DNA from: a virus
Virus record (IMG/VR): IMGVR_UViG_3300028625_000001
Span: 32,001-96,000 of that record
Reading direction: 5' to 3' (one strand)
Length of the DNA stretch: 64,000 nt
In this document: positions 41,501 to 47,612 of the stretch, in pieces
How positions within the stretch are numbered: the first letter of the stretch is position 1
Layout of the letters: the number at the start of each line of letters is the position of its first letter
Notes under the pieces: model-generated
Seen by the model: the letters and a program-made list of their open reading frames with translations, nothing else
Told to the model about the DNA's origin: nothing
Database searches by the model: none
Position numbers and translations under genes: made by a program

Positions 41501-43059
41501 CATCCGCTTATAGCTTCAGTATGTCTCTAGCTCAGTTTATAGTACCAAAAACCGACGTAGTACTCATCATCGAGATCGATTATGGCGGGGTAACATATAC
41601 TGCCAGACTAATAATCGTTGTCGAGGACACCAGGTATGGTTGGCTGTCACAATGGACCGGGACAACACTGATCGGTGGAACGTATATCGTAACTCCCACT
41701 GCCTTCATGGGAACCGACGCTAATAATGGAGTCCTCATAGACGCTAACGGTATTCTTGGAAAGAAGAGCGGGGCAAAAACTTTTGAGCTTACAGATGATG
41801 GGGATCTTGATGTCGCTTCAGGTCGGATAGGAGGATCTTCCGGCTGGTTAATTGAAACTCTTTCAGGAAAAGGAAGAATTTCAAGTACGGGAATAGAGTT
41901 AGTCTCCGGTGATGACGCATATATTCAGGCCGGTAGTTCGGAGGAGAACTATCGAATGAACGCAAATGGGCTTGAGTATCGGCGGCTTATAAAAGCCAGG
42001 ATCAATAATATAAAGGCTTATGCTGAATGTGACGCCTCGGCTTCAGCGATAATAGAAGTTTGGTATCGCTGGACTGAAAATTATTCCGACGCATCGCCCA
42101 CCTGGTCTGGTTGGCAACACCCGGACGACTTGAACTTTTCGGCTTCTTTTACCTGGTATATATCTCCGACAGATCCAATTTACGGCGCCGATATGACAGA
42201 CTTTGCAATGCAATTTAAGTTTGTCATATACTCAACTTCTGTATTCAAGGCCAAGCTCCAGAAATGGAATGTATATATTAACGACGAACCAAGCCTAACA
42301 GTCGAAATAGACACTATGGAACAATTCCAAGCACATGCAGACGCTACAACGAGCGGGATCACTTATAGTAGTGGCGGCTATGTCCAACCAACAAGCTATT
42401 CCAGCTCTGGAACTTACGTCACAAAGGCAAGCTCTATCAGAGAAGAGATCGAACCAGGCACAGATATTTCAAAAGTTCTACACTCTATCCATAAAGGGAC
42501 AATCTATTTTGATGGAACTAGCGGAGATATGTCTAAAAGAATCCAACATAACAAGCATATTATGCCAACCCGGTACGACGTAATTTTAAACGAAAGCAAC
42601 TCCCAAATATGGAAAAGTAGCTTTAGCACCGGGACTAACTACACCCGAAAGATAGAAGTGACTAAAGCAGAAGATTATTTCGACATCTTGTTTTGTGCTG
42701 AAGAAGGAACCACCAGTACAAACATTGGGACTATCGGTATGCAATCAAACAACACTTGGTTAATCCTTGCAAACGTAGCTAATTGTTCGAAAATCGAGTT
42801 TGATGTTTATCATTGGGGCGGCTTCCGCATATTTAAAGAACACGTTTCGTACAGTTTTTCATCTCCGTATACAGGAGATATTGGATATAAATACTATGAC
42901 GGCGTTCTTTACTTAAGTTGGAACGGGGACACAACCTCCGAATATCAAATAGAGGGGCTTGTTGGGATGGTTGCTGCCAGAGATATTATTAAATGGACTT
43001 CAGGAACGAGATACCCACTCACAGGGAATTTCAACTACGAAATCCAGGTTTGGCAATAA
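29515..43059 (+). CDS. giant tail fibre or host-adhesion protein (about 4514 aa)
   Basis: ATG 29515 lies 7 nt after GGGGGG. It contains about 7 FN3-like modules (30.0-31.7 kb), a 6-kb array of 57-60-aa repeats, then Ig-like triplicated modules (YW/YY/RY-x-T/S-S/A-x-K-D/E-K-V/I-VY-N/D-P-x-TG-x-YDG) and a C-terminal globular region. Confidence 0.8.
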   Translation: MNTLDKYVQKHIVKYSGAGPISKGGGASSNLSMSLDTAALAGRIDDIEEQLKLIAASLKNYHTLSITFENIDLPLVDIHVSGGMAVLSGYTEVIPETTITVDTSLWVAGVNKYIVWYNGTIVVADEILEGYKLLAYIIIPEDWDGTVSNSYKDGAAYISIAGPIDELDPYYGEVLILELDAEAGPFFCIVHASWDPLGSPDVSHYILSYTIDGNNWENISTANPAASFEAPHNIQVAAKVQAVFNNGRKTHWSATEIIQTPGDDTIPLPVTGLEVTSQFGIIKAIWDESTDIDFDTFEIQVARDDQFTDPEVTFTTNTSYAFAGEPEATYYIRVRVIDYSSNTSLWSDTIEIETVMGDGNTPAAPTGLTLVPILEDETSYITATWDRNEELDIVSYELAISYDQTNWVDYQTPKTTKTIEVVGGVTLYAKVRALDNEGLVSAWSDIVETTTAHDTEAPNIPVGLTITNSFGIVYFTWTANGEADFSHYIIQISQTDQFSTYDEVIQRTNSYSFSGIPGTTYYVRIKSVDYSGNESDWSSIASTTVTAGDGQPPATPTGLSLTTYLQSYSSYIEATWDENEEVDLLGYQIAWSLDQLKWNILSVNSPEANFSVPGNSTIYVKVKALDVEGLASQWSDAESITSTEDEEAPATPVLLSNIPLYARALIEIEEQEESDFSHFLVSYKDRSFTTSTTNIEIPLDPGESGVSVSIKAVDLSGNESPALAVSASARTLSEAEEEFFELINKVHGGSTNTETIAYITDDLVDHMNITKPTAFDRSGLLKDDVYDTIDRIDNIDYGDLTLPMESVFERIDTDFISVGSSLFEARSKIFDIEIGGEIKNIDEWVGVINTDVSDITTRIDFINYGELTGTIETVLGSVYSNVSAISEKIYDIVIGEITLDIDEWIDQINSDLSGVMTRINAVVYGSLTDTIEDVLAAVHGDISGIETKVFDIEIGEVTHDIDEWMGLLNGDVAGIISRLENVSYNETIDTIETQIAAIALDINGLSSIVYDITIDETTQDVNQWISTLSQRADSIELSISGISQTVGEHTSSISQMSIDISGIEAVVYNITIDTVTQDVDQWVTQIKQEADAITLRLDHVVIDEDDQTLEQHVSQIKLDISGIESVVYDITIDTVTQDINQWVSTLSQRSDSIELSVQGLSQTVGEHSSSLSQLTIDVSGIEGVVYNIQIGEDAQDVDQWISTLSQRADSIELSVSGLSSDVGENSASISQLVIDVSGIEGVVYDITVGEATQNVDQWVSQIKQEADAITLRLDHVVIDEDDLTLEQHVSQIKLDINGIESVVYDIQIGETTQDINQWISTLSQRADSIELNVSGLSQTVSTHTTNISSLQLDVSGIEAIVKDITIGTVTQDVNEWVSQIKQEADAITLRLDNVVVDESTKTVEQHLSQIVLDIDGIEAIVKDITIDEVTQDVDLWISTLSQRADSIELSVQTVSQTVEGHTTTISQLSIDVSGIEGIVYNIEIGEDQYDVDQWISVLSQRADSIELSVTNLSGDVGTNTASIGQLTIDVEGIKTLVYDVTVGDVTHDIDEWLSALSQEDISIKQDLEAAALALRSKIESEFTNAETVLYIVGDPLDHQTDTAPINYDRTTSIFDITYDTFERLNNFEIDGVTGTIEYWASSISQTTQNITLRIDGIVYDGEQKTLEQAFSAIEMNIDGITSTVYDLEIDGTTQNIDQWVSQIKQETDNITFRLDHFVIDQEDMTAEQHVSQLKLSIDGLESVVYSIQVDEITQDVDLWISTLSQRADGIELNVSTLSSTVDGHTSSISSIQLDVGAIELIVKDITVDETTQDADEWISQIKQEADAITLRLDHVIIDEDDQTFEQHISQFRLDIDGITSIVTDITVGEETQDVDQWVSTLSQRADSIELSITGLTSDVGTNTSNISQLLIDVSGIELIVKSHTIGETTQDLDLWVTQIKQEADAITLRLDGIEIDEETKTIEQHLAQIVLDIDGIESIVYNITIGEDQYDVDGWISVLSQRADAIELSVSTLEDNTTTSLSALSIQVGEIEAIVYDIEIGEDTYDVKEWVTLLKQTTNSISLAVEGLETDLGTAESNISQLQISVGSISSIVQNVEIEGVTKNLDVWVSEVKQTAEGILARVDAISYNGEEGTIEEQFAALSLDISGLSSKVYSINIDGNVQDIDEWLATLNTQDETLEESIDDAVDSLRIKINSEFADASTLMYIAGDLQDHQSLLSPISYDRVDSIFDVAYNTLDRLNLFEVNGITDTIEYWVSSINQTANNIELRVDGITYNGETKTLEQAFSAIELDIDGITSTVYNIEIDGTTQDIDQWISQIKQEADNITLRLDHVVIDENDQTLEQHISLLKIDVDGITSIVTDITIDEETYDVNQWVSVLSQRSDAIELSVSTLSGDVASAISQLTIDVSGIEGVVYNITIDETTQNIDEWVSQIKQEADAITLRLDHVVIGEDDQTLEQHVSQIKIDIGGVESIVYDIQIGETTQDVNEWVSQIKQESDAIELRVETAEGTITSHSSSISSLNLSVDGIEAVVYNIAVEEEGDTHDVDEWLALFHIRENAIELSVTNLSTTVSSNTQSISSIEVDVGAIDLRVQTVESTTSTHTTQISDLDIALGTITATVGSIEDTVDGHTSSISQIELDISGITSTVQTISDTVGGHTSQISQINQDIGSIELAVQEVEEDVGTNTSAIAQIELSIDGITTSISTLETTVGGHTSQISQIELDIGTIELSVLSISSTVGQHTIDISAINVSLGEITTIVGTIEEDLDQEGDPLTQTYNYSLFQQLADSIALRVVAVDEFGDPQATELIIEDGLVTIAADQFRVHGDAMINGSVSGDKLKANSVETNKLIVWPDIPIDDETAEYWGTSLLGALGITLPDGMDEVTKENLADLLPPGTILAEYFAVGQKMVVGNKVVIERDLDDYGHMTVFDSDYEIVVKVGENATPDGRDGMFINTGGAFQVGQLVDPNYLRYYNGILTIKGVIEATGGFFDEVVYVGVEEGERILLDGVNKLIRSENYQAGTAGFELNGDGTAEFNNITVRGSVHASEGSIDGVMTIGDIEIGVGVNEGAGTGWFVDENNYWYSNLGFSIGNGTTNKFQYSPEGGLEIVTTKILVDIDENILIDSENKVIAIGTMTGFDTASGNGVFTGMYNSKPSFKVGQNDPDGDLQKGISYYDGVFSFMGAVISMENLDDPTQEALSGYEVMISPAGDSVYNDGTTRTPASINFTATLLRKVDNTLVSSGLAYYWTVETDGGITIPSGALTATATVNTSNMTGPSVIKVKVTYQEKDYYGYASLAYSEKGTGGDDAVIYWLTSSKEKVVYNPNTGQYDGGASSSIVFTAKEAVGQVVQNKTGLYWKVNGVNAEPDANGYQKTVAVSSQTTTTIEIYADFAREQLLDTFTVPVITEGSDSYSIILSNEHQTVESNYDGTSPTPASISTQVKLYKGTTEITSFTVEATGATVDGKTVTVTIPSSSTMAGSQDITVKIDSTIIGVKTLTWSKSPQGEPGIGGEDAQALFLTADAQIFKADQDNTITSGDITLEAFLQNLSGTITWTAKNQSNNDITLTGTGSTRTLTAANFGASDWVKITVSLGGLSDSITIVRVKEGSNAIVGFLTNESHNVPCDSDGSNPDFTGASSILKIFRGNTQETSGWSCSWSLITGTATGQASTTTLTNDTITIQSLSTDVAVYRCTATKSGQSSVVKDFTITKSYAGDPGDPGADATSYYITSTKDKIVYDPGTGQYDGGATTTVTLSGWRKEGTNSPQATSFYWKRGATALGAATSKTITVPTDTSSSFTMTAYIDSSYTYLAASFTVAIVASGEPGDPGGDGVTRYISATKDKVVYDPNTGLYDGSASTTITFTAKKVVGDGSPANETVYWKRGSSALGSGTSKSVVVPTDTNTSFTMYTYADSGYTILLSSFTVSVVTSGASIYALPTASAYHVEYNGSSYSPSSVTITPALKQGTTSLSFTNWRIKYINISGDLITINRSTSSAYSFSMSLAQFIVPKTDVVLIIEIDYGGVTYTARLIIVVEDTRYGWLSQWTGTTLIGGTYIVTPTAFMGTDANNGVLIDANGILGKKSGAKTFELTDDGDLDVASGRIGGSSGWLIETLSGKGRISSTGIELVSGDDAYIQAGSSEENYRMNANGLEYRRLIKARINNIKAYAECDASASAIIEVWYRWTENYSDASPTWSGWQHPDDLNFSASFTWYISPTDPIYGADMTDFAMQFKFVIYSTSVFKAKLQKWNVYINDEPSLTVEIDTMEQFQAHADATTSGITYSSGGYVQPTSYSSSGTYVTKASSIREEIEPGTDISKVLHSIHKGTIYFDGTSGDMSKRIQHNKHIMPTRYDVILNESNSQIWKSSFSTGTNYTRKIEVTKAEDYFDILFCAEEGTTSTNIGTIGMQSNNTWLILANVANCSKIEFDVYHWGGFRIFKEHVSYSFSSPYTGDIGYKYYDGVLYLSWNGDTTSEYQIEGLVGMVAARDIIKWTSGTRYPLTGNFNYEIQVWQ
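31740..37830 (+). repeat. in-frame tandem coding repeats with higher-order duplication of about 1.85 kb
   Basis: Alternating units of two types: QW(I/V)STLSQRADSIELSV...SISQL.IDVSGIEGVVYNI.I and QWVSQIKQEADAITLRLDHVVIDEDDQTLEQHVSQIKLDI.GIESVVYDI. A leader block (…SEF.NAET.LYI.GD..DH…) recurs at about 34230 and about 36080. A 38-nt exact repeat occurs at 32758-32795 and 35318-35355. Confidence 0.85.
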
Positions 43060-43069
43060 GGAGGCAGGT

Positions 43070-43294
43070 TTGATACAGAACAATAACATGAACAACCTGA
43101 AAGAGGGGGTAAGTTCTGTTTTTCAGAGTATCGCCGCGGCGAAGAACGCTCTAACCAGTGTCGCTTCGCTTGCGGCACCACTTATAGAACACGCGATAGC
43201 GGAACTGGAAAGCAGAATAACCCAACTGGAATTAGAAAACCAAAAACTTAGAGAAGAAAACGAAAAGTTGAAAAAAGAGAAAAAACTAGAATAA
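43070..43294 (+). CDS. small coiled-coil protein
   Basis: TTG 43070 lies 5 nt after AAGGAGG (ATG 43088 is an alternative). The C-terminus is ITQLELENQKLREENEKLKKEKK. Confidence 0.45.
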   Translation: MIQNNNMNNLKEGVSSVFQSIAAAKNALTSVASLAAPLIEHAIAELESRITQLELENQKLREENEKLKKEKKLE

Positions 43295-43337
43295 AAACAA
43301 CAAGCAACACGCTTTGAAAAGGAGGCATATTTATTTC

Positions 43338-43676
43338 ATGAACGAAATCTATAGAAACGCTATAGCTAACGCCGGAGCCGCCTTAATAACTCATATCGGG
43401 CTTGTTGATGAACTTGGACAAGAACTAAGTGGCGGAGAGTATGTAAGACAGCCCGTTGCTTGGAACACGGCAACCGGAGGAGTCATACGTCCAACAGACA
43501 ACCTAATCTTTCTTATCCCACCGGGAGTCACTATTGCTGGATGGAGAGGATATTCCGCAATATCCGGCGGGACTAATTATGGTGGCGGCGCCTTATCTTC
43601 TCAGACGTTTACAGGCGGCGGGCAACTGACTCTTATAGCCGCTAACATGGGAATACTTCATCTAGGCGAGATATAA
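43338..43676 (+). CDS. hypothetical tail-fibre-module protein
   Basis: ATG 43338 follows AAAAGGAGG. 112 aa, Gly-rich. Confidence 0.5.
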   Translation: MNEIYRNAIANAGAALITHIGLVDELGQELSGGEYVRQPVAWNTATGGVIRPTDNLIFLIPPGVTIAGWRGYSAISGGTNYGGGALSSQTFTGGGQLTLIAANMGILHLGEI

Positions 43677-43691
43677 AGAAGGTGATTAATA

Positions 43692-44120
43692 ATGCGGTTA
43701 AAAACAGCAAATAATGCAGGTTCAACTTTAATGGCAGCAATCAGCGAATTAGATGTCTCCTTTACGGTGGCTGATGCGTCTTCTTTCCCCGACGTTCCCT
43801 TTCGTTGCACAATCCATAAAGGAGATCCCGCGCAAGGAGAAATTATTGAAGTAGGAGCTAAAAATGGTAATACATTTTCTTCAATTGATCGAGGTTTAGA
43901 AAACACAGTTGCCGCCGCTTGGGAAATAGGAGACAAGATAGATGTCTTGATTACGGCCGGAATGTGCGAAGAGTTGGTTTCACAAGACGAGATGGAAGCT
44001 CATACAGAAGCAGAAAGACCACATCAATTGATAGATCAAAGAGATTCAGCCGTTTATAACTATGGACTAAAAATTAACGAAGATGGAGTCTTAACTCTTG
44101 TTTTAGAGGAGGTAGTCTAA
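43692..44120 (+). CDS. tail-fibre-like protein (N-terminal fibre-type domain)
   Basis: The pattern ...VADASSFPDVPFRCTIHKGDPAQGEIIEVGAKNGNTFSSIDRGLENTVAAAWEIGDKI resembles conserved N-terminal domains of phage fibre and baseplate proteins. This rests on recall only. Confidence 0.45.
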   Translation: MRLKTANNAGSTLMAAISELDVSFTVADASSFPDVPFRCTIHKGDPAQGEIIEVGAKNGNTFSSIDRGLENTVAAAWEIGDKIDVLITAGMCEELVSQDEMEAHTEAERPHQLIDQRDSAVYNYGLKINEDGVLTLVLEEVV

Positions 44121-44471
44121 ATGCTCGAAATTCCACTCCCAACAAATGAACAAATAGAGTCGCTTATTAAAATACACGGAATCTCCAGCGCTCCGGTTAC
44201 TGGAACTAAAACCCTCGTTCCAGGGGTGGCAACTGAAGTGTTTGCTGGCGCCTCAAAGAAGGCGAATAGAACACTGATGACTATAAAAAACATTAGTAAA
44301 TATTCTAACCCTTTAAGGCTTAGATTAGGTGAGTCAACAGTTTCAGACACAAAGGGTTTTATTATCGAACCTCAAGCAACCTTAGTTTTGTATTTTAACC
44401 CAGATGTTGAGACTTCAATTTATGCAATACCAGAAACTAACGCTCTGTTGATTGAGGTGATCGAGATATGA
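44121..44471 (+). CDS. hypothetical protein
   Basis: 116-aa ORF with RBS GGAGG, coupled to its neighbours. Confidence 0.5.
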   Translation: MLEIPLPTNEQIESLIKIHGISSAPVTGTKTLVPGVATEVFAGASKKANRTLMTIKNISKYSNPLRLRLGESTVSDTKGFIIEPQATLVLYFNPDVETSIYAIPETNALLIEVIEI

Positions 44472-44689
44472 CTTATAAAATTACAGACTTAGAAGACGGA
44501 AGAATAGAAATTGAAATAAGTTTTTTAGACGAGGATATTGATCTTGTTGGTAAAACGACAATTATTGGCGAAGAAAATGATGCCGAAAAATACCTTCCGT
44601 TTTTTGAAAAGGATCTAAGAGTCAATTACTCTTATTTATTTCCAACTCCAGAGCCAGAGCTGATATTAGAAGAAGGTGATTTTATATGA
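44468..44689 (+). CDS. hypothetical acidic protein
   Basis: 73-aa ORF with ATGA overlaps on both sides. Confidence 0.5.
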   Translation: MTYKITDLEDGRIEIEISFLDEDIDLVGKTTIIGEENDAEKYLPFFEKDLRVNYSYLFPTPEPELILEEGDFI

Positions 44690-45861
44690 AGTACATCTCC
44701 GGCAAATATGTTCAAGGCGAACTCCTTGAAACCAGCAGGGAGATCGAAGACTGGATAACCGATTACTATGTGGCGAATGGCGCGGTCACCGACGCGACAA
44801 TAAGAAATGACATGGATAGAAGAATTAGAGACGTTTCGTTCGGCAGGAACGCGGTGATGTTTGACAACTCAAACTTTCCGTCGATCATGGTCCGTTTTCC
44901 GTTTATGAAGCTGAAAGAAATTGATTCTTCGTGGGCTGATTCCCCACATCAGTCATTTATAAAGAACGGAGCTGTGAAGAATGAGTTTTGGGTGGGGAAA
45001 TATCTCCCGATCGTAAACGGGTCCGGCGAGTCCGCGCGCGCCGTCTCCTTACGAAGGAGAGATCCGGCAAACAATATCAATTTCGACAACTCAAGACTGG
45101 CTTGTACTCAAAAAGGGACTGGCTGGCACTTGTTGACCAACGCTGAGTGGGCGTTAATTCTCCTTCTCGCTCATAAAAACCAGTTCTTCACTCGTGGAAA
45201 CAACAGCTACGGGAAGGACTATGTAAAAACGGGCGAAACTGCCGAGGCAACATATATGAGCGGCGGAACTGTTTATAGAACGGCCACGGGTACGGGGCCG
45301 GTGGCATGGTCGCATGACGGAACTCCGTTCGGTGTCTTCGACCTGAATGGGAATGTCAATAAGTGGGTCGCGGGATTGCGGTTGAATGGCGGAGAGATCC
45401 AGATATTTGAGAACAACAACGCTGCCGACGGGACAAAAAATCATTCCGTTTCTAGCGACCAATGGAAGGCAATTCTCCAAGACGGTTCTCTGGTAGCGCC
45501 CGAGACAGAAGGAACATTGAAGATGGACGCAACCAACGTAGATGGAAGCGGGAATATCGTCATCGGCACTACTGCCGATAACGTCTCAAACGGAACAACT
45601 TACGCGACGACCGCTTTCAAAAACATAGCGGCAAAGGGAGAAACAACCATACCGGCCATCCTGAAGCAGCTCGGTCTATTCCCTCAAAGCGCAAACTATC
45701 CGCATGGAACTGGATATATGCGGAATCTCGGTGAGCGTTTGCCCTATCGTGGCGGTAACTACAACGGCACGTCCTATGGTGGTTTGTCGAACTTGTATCT
45801 CAACTACGACCGCACGAGCGTGCTTACGATTCTGGGGTTTTCGCTCGCTTGGCAACCGTGA
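44686..45861 (+). CDS. DGR target (variable) protein, FGE-sulfatase / C-type-lectin fold
   Basis: GWHLLTNAEWALI and GVFDLNGNVNKWV motifs are typical of the FGE/CLec fold. The C-terminal 38 codons contain the VR. Confidence 0.85.
   Translation: MKYISGKYVQGELLETSREIEDWITDYYVANGAVTDATIRNDMDRRIRDVSFGRNAVMFDNSNFPSIMVRFPFMKLKEIDSSWADSPHQSFIKNGAVKNEFWVGKYLPIVNGSGESARAVSLRRRDPANNINFDNSRLACTQKGTGWHLLTNAEWALILLLAHKNQFFTRGNNSYGKDYVKTGETAEATYMSGGTVYRTATGTGPVAWSHDGTPFGVFDLNGNVNKWVAGLRLNGGEIQIFENNNAADGTKNHSVSSDQWKAILQDGSLVAPETEGTLKMDATNVDGSGNIVIGTTADNVSNGTTYATTAFKNIAAKGETTIPAILKQLGLFPQSANYPHGTGYMRNLGERLPYRGGNYNGTSYGGLSNLYLNYDRTSVLTILGFSLAWQP
45735..45849 (+). repeat. DGR variable repeat (VR)
   Basis: 115 nt aligned to the TR without gaps show 9 mismatches, 8 of them at TR adenines. 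It lies in-frame at the 3' end of the target gene. Confidence 0.9.
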
Positions 45862-45937
45862 TCTGTGCTTTGCGCTCTGTAATCTGCAAAAAAACCAAAG
45901 GGGGAGGAGCAGCATAGAACTCAAGATATTACAAAAG

Positions 45938-46246
45938 ATGTATGATCTGATCCTGTATATATACCCCGTACTCGCACAATTCCCGAAATCAGAGAAACAT
46001 ACTCTCGCGGCGGAAATCAAGAAGACTTGCTTCGAGATCCTTAAGCTCATCACAAGAGCAAACAAGGAGAAACAGAAGCTCGAACATTTGAGGCAACTCG
46101 ACGCTAGCCTAGAACTTCTCAGAACTCAAGTTAGGTTGAGCGTCGATCTGAAGTTCATACCGACGAAGAAATACGAAGTCATCTCCAGACATCTTGCAGA
46201 AGTCGGAAAGATGCTCGGGGGATGGATAAGGTCATCTAAGTTCTAA
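45938..46246 (+). CDS. avd: DGR accessory variability determinant (Avd), four-helix-bundle family
   Basis: MYDLILYIYPVLAQFPKSEKHTLAAEIKKTCFEILKLI...VGKMLGGWIRS matches the Avd / 23S-rRNA-IVS-protein pattern. A GGGGAGGAG RBS at about 45900 suggests a possible non-ATG start near 45914. Confidence 0.8.
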   Translation: MYDLILYIYPVLAQFPKSEKHTLAAEIKKTCFEILKLITRANKEKQKLEHLRQLDASLELLRTQVRLSVDLKFIPTKKYEVISRHLAEVGKMLGGWIRSSKF

Positions 46247-46268
46247 AGATATGGGAGAGACCCATTTA

Positions 46269-46383
46269 GCGTTTGCCCTATCGTGGCGGTAACTACAACA
46301 ACACGTCCAATGCTGGTTTGTCGAACTTGAATCTCAACAACGACCGCACGAGCGTGAATACGAATCTGGGGTTTTCGCTCGCT
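46269..46383 (+). repeat. DGR template repeat (TR)
   Basis: AAC/AAT-rich 115-nt copy of the VR, lying between avd and the RT. Confidence 0.9.
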
Positions 46384-46538
46384 CGTCCAATCCCGAAAAG
46401 ACAGAAGTTGGAGATTCACGGATCTCTTTCCAGCGCTTAGAGGAACAAGGGGGTCTCTCCCACGCCAGACGGCGAAAAATCGGACTACTCCGCGGCCTAT
46501 GGCAAAACCATGCGCCGCGGTTATCTTGAGGTAAAAAG
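46384..46538 (+). other. TR-RT spacer, likely the structured part of the DGR RNA
   Basis: Non-coding 155 nt with a strong hairpin CCGCGGCCTATGG-CAAAA-CCATGCGCCGCGG at about 46489-46520. It sits in the position of the BPP-1 spacer (Sp) RNA. Confidence 0.4.
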
Positions 46539-47609
46539 ATGAAACGATACAGCAATATATATCCCCTGATATATGACTTCGAATCGTTGCTAACGGCGTA
46601 TAGAAACGCGAGAAAACTCAAGAGATACAGAAATGAGGTGCTTAAGTTCTCCGACAGGCTAGAAGAAAACCTTATTCTTATTCAAAATGAGCTTGTCTGG
46701 AAGACATATAAACAATCTCCTTATAGAGAGTTCTTTGTAAACGAACCTAAAAGGAGATTGATTATGGCCCTGCCATTCAGAGATAGGGTCGTCCAGTGGT
46801 CTATTTATCAGAATCTTTCTCCGATGCTTGAGAGGAAATATATCTCCGACAGCTATGCTTGCAGAAAAGGAAAAGGTGCGCATCAAGCTCTCGGCTGCTT
46901 ACGGGAATGGCTCGGGAGTATTCCTGACCCAAAGAGATGGTATTACCTGAAACTGGATATTCATAAATACTTTTACCGAGTCAATCACAGAATACTTCTA
47001 TCTATTTATGAGAAACATTTCCCTGACGAAGACCTCCTCTGGCTCCTTGAAAAGATTATCACGGCCAATGACGGGAATCTCGGCCTTGTTGACGGAAGCA
47101 CGGATTATGACAATCGAATATGCGGCGTCGGGATGGCGGTCGGGAATCTTGTTTCTCAAATGAGTGCGAATGTCTATCTCAACGAGCTGGATCAGTTTGC
47201 AAAGAGAGAGCTTCAGATCCCGCACTATACCAGGTATATGGATGATGTAATCTGCCTCTCGTCGAGCAAAAGACAGCTCCATGAATGGAGATGGGCGATG
47301 GAGGAATTTGTAGAGACGCGTCTGACTCTTAGAAGTAACTCAAAGACCCAAATAAGGCCAGTCACAAACGGTATTGATTGGGTGGGTTACAGGCTCTGGC
47401 CAAACGTTGTCAGACTTAGGAAAAGCTCGGCTAAGAGGCTCAGGAGACGGTTAAAGTCTCTTAGGGATAAGTTTGTGAGCGGCACAATCACGTTTCAAGA
47501 GTTCGATAGTTCTTTCCAATCATATATGGGAATGTTGAAGCACTGTTCAAGTGACGCTTTGAAAGAAAGCATCTGCGAGATGTTGGGAGGTCCGTTTTTA
47601 TGGAGGTGA
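46539..47609 (+). CDS. DGR reverse transcriptase
   Basis: RT motifs include YTRYMDDVICLS (YxDD) and the DGR-diagnostic VGNLVSQ (I/LGxxxSQ) in motif 4. 356 aa, adjacent to the TR. Confidence 0.92.
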   Translation: MKRYSNIYPLIYDFESLLTAYRNARKLKRYRNEVLKFSDRLEENLILIQNELVWKTYKQSPYREFFVNEPKRRLIMALPFRDRVVQWSIYQNLSPMLERKYISDSYACRKGKGAHQALGCLREWLGSIPDPKRWYYLKLDIHKYFYRVNHRILLSIYEKHFPDEDLLWLLEKIITANDGNLGLVDGSTDYDNRICGVGMAVGNLVSQMSANVYLNELDQFAKRELQIPHYTRYMDDVICLSSSKRQLHEWRWAMEEFVETRLTLRSNSKTQIRPVTNGIDWVGYRLWPNVVRLRKSSAKRLRRRLKSLRDKFVSGTITFQEFDSSFQSYMGMLKHCSSDALKESICEMLGGPFLWR

Positions 47610-47612
47610 AAA

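Noticed and set aside
45704-45937. The N-terminal 78 codons of the ORF-track entry 45704-46246
   Set aside because: This part is an alternative frame running through the VR and the 3' end of the target gene. Only the region from about 45914/45938 onward has the Avd signature and an RBS.
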